DNA from: Paraspadella gotoi
Lineage: Eukaryota > Animalia > Chaetognatha
Reading direction: 5' to 3'
Assembly: GCA_051294375.1 (NCBI GenBank)
Contig: CM119265.1
Span: 8,998,772 to 9,062,771, forward strand
Length of the DNA stretch: 64,000 bases
Shown: piece after piece, positions 62,801 to 64,000 of the stretch
Layout: each line of letters starts with the position of its first letter
Numbering within the stretch: position 1 is the stretch's first letter
The notes under the pieces: model-generated
The model's database searches: none
Seen by the model: the letters and a program-made list of their open reading frames with translations, nothing else
Told to the model about the DNA's origin: nothing
Program-made: the position numbers and the translations under genes

Positions 62801-62966
62801 TCGTCATCCCCCTCCCCTCATTGGATTGGGCTGCAATGACGGCCTCGACTCCGGCCTGTTCACTTCTCCGTCCAGTTTTCGTCCATCGTGCGCGACCCCA
62901 TCAGATCCTCGAACTGCAAGTCCAACTCCGTCTTCTCCGCGTGGCCGACTCCTTTCCTCCGTGAGA
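45105..62966 (-). CDS. SH3GLB1: Endophilin B (N-BAR plus SH3); first exon not confidently located
   Basis: Exons: ~62966-62822 (GHAEKTELDLQFE..QPNP), ~62477-62346, ~61447-61308, ~61021-60927 (KRLDLDACK), 59100-59011 (QAQTEFDRQAEITKLLLEGITSTH), 47696-47595 (AHHLRCLNDFVEAQ), 47432-47310, ~46918-46753 (RARVLYDFDAAD), 45227-45105 (DWMMAKRG..GKVPTTYLELL). Exons above 59.4 kb carry indels. B1 versus B2 not resolvable (likely co-orthologue). Confidence 0.9.
45505..46678 (+). mobile_element. Internally deleted Tc1/mariner DNA transposon
   Basis: TA target sites at both ends. TIRs CAGATGTGGTCAAAAAAAGTTTAA / TTAAACTTTTTTTTTTGACCACATGTG. Transposase relics: HTH METSKQLNP..IAKQLNFSPTT..SGRPR (from 46019) and C-terminus IENVWSRIK..LYDSLPRRMEAVLEANGGPTMY*. 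Most of the DDE domain is missing. Confidence 0.92.
51527..52749 (+). mobile_element. Duplicate of the Tc1 relic within the noisy copy
   Basis: Same TIRs and transposase fragments as 45505-46678, with indels. Confidence 0.8.
54195..54471. repeat. Purine-rich minisatellite (~19-bp GGAGATAGAAAAGGAGAGA unit)
   Basis: Roughly a dozen degenerate units; corresponds to the N-gap 48089-48316 in copy 1. Confidence 0.75.
54970..58223 (+). mobile_element. Non-autonomous Helentron-like (HINE/DINE-1-type) insertion, ~3.25 kb
   Basis: Absent from copy 1 (empty T-run at 48806-48812). Begins T-run/ATCGCGC with noisy stem-loop GCGC-TGACCGC-GAA-GC..GGTTCA-GCGC, then (CGT)n microsatellite, internal repeated cores, 3' AGCGCG plus small hairpin GCAT-ccct-ATTGC and a T-run. 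Confidence 0.6.
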
Positions 62967-64000
62967 CTGTAAGATCAAGGAGGGGCGCAGAGGGGCGGGG
63001 ACAAGACGAATGTTGAGATAGATAGATGTAGCGGCAACTTTATAACTTTAACTTTATAATGACAGTTTATAATTGTCTAAAAATTCATTTAGACATACCA
63101 AGTAACATCCTACTGTACTGATGATTTGGAACAGGATAATACTTAGTGTATTACACAATTTGGATGGGGCTTAAGTTTCGCGGCCTTATTTTCGGTGAAA
63201 ATAAAACACGGCGCCTTAAAAATGAAAAGAAACCAAAAGCTTAAGTTCCCGTTATGTTATTTCAAATGACAAGGCATGAAAAATAATGAATCTACCATCA
63301 CGGATGTATGGTAACAAGTATATAAAAAGCAATGTCTCTTAACGATCCCCCTCCAGTTCAAATCTCCATAGGAACGGAAAACAACATAAAACGAAGGTTA
63401 TTCTCATTATTTCTGTTTATTTCGTGGAAGAGAATCGTAAAAACTGAGTCGGGAGACCGAATGAAGCTTATTCTAAACTTTTTATATTTCAGAGTTTCAT
63501 TCCGGTGAAGAAGCAGGAATAAAAACTGAGAGCTTTCAACATTCTGGAAGAAAAAGCGGTAACTAACGGAGTAAAAATCAAACTCACTATTTAATCACTA
63601 ACAATCCAGTACTATTTACTGAATTATTAAATTATTTCTCTGGCTTTACATTTACTACTACTAGTACCCCATTACCCGAGTATATTGTTACTTGTGTGAA
63701 GTGTACTCTCTCACTCTCTCTCTCGTCTCTCTCTCTCTCTTTTTCCGTCCTACAACCAATATACTTCCTCCCGTGCTTCTCGCGATCGCCCAGATCACAA
63801 GCGATTCCGAATGACACCGTGATCGAGAGCAAACGCACCGGAATGACGTCATCGATTCCGCGCCTCAAAACGACCTGCGTGCCATGACTACCAACTCGCG
63901 ACGTCGAAATCACCGTCTTTTACATCCGAGCGCGAGGATGAGCCCAATTAAAGCCTAGCCCAGTCAAAAATTCCACGACCGTTTAGAAAGGATGAATTCT

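Noticed and set aside
59431-63000. Endophilin B as a frameshifted pseudogene
   Set aside because: Frameshifts occur only in low-quality sequence after the second 25-N gap. Exons in clean sequence are intact.
63770-63930. First coding exon of endophilin B
   Set aside because: GC-rich and in the expected position, but no convincing match to the N-terminal amphipathic helix in noisy sequence.

Overview
Eukaryotic (invertebrate animal) genomic window with GC-rich exons, short AT-rich introns and many (GA/CT)n microsatellites. The organism cannot be fixed from sequence. The first 34 kb is gene-dense: the 3' exons of a Pro/Gly-rich gene (possibly a LIM-homeobox C-terminus), a complete collagen IX alpha1-like FACIT collagen, an estrogen-related receptor (ERR), three consecutive J-domain genes (SEC63, DNAJC7, DNAJB13) and CFAP221. 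A spliced two-SAP-domain gene is nested antisense in a DNAJB13 intron. Beyond 34 kb lie a probable three-exon Trp-rich orphan gene, an intronless proline-rich ORF and most of an endophilin B gene on the minus strand, whose introns hold a Tc1 relic and a Helentron-like insertion. About 43-49 kb is repeated at about 49-58 kb as an indel-ridden copy, most likely a long-read gap-filling artefact from the other haplotype. The most striking unexplained structure is a ~350-nt element in collagen intron 3: it begins with an HDV-like (delta) ribozyme fold at the predicted cleavage site and is bracketed by a ~22-bp direct repeat, i.e. a candidate ribozyme-headed short retroposon. All identities rest on motif recall and manual translation, not database searches.
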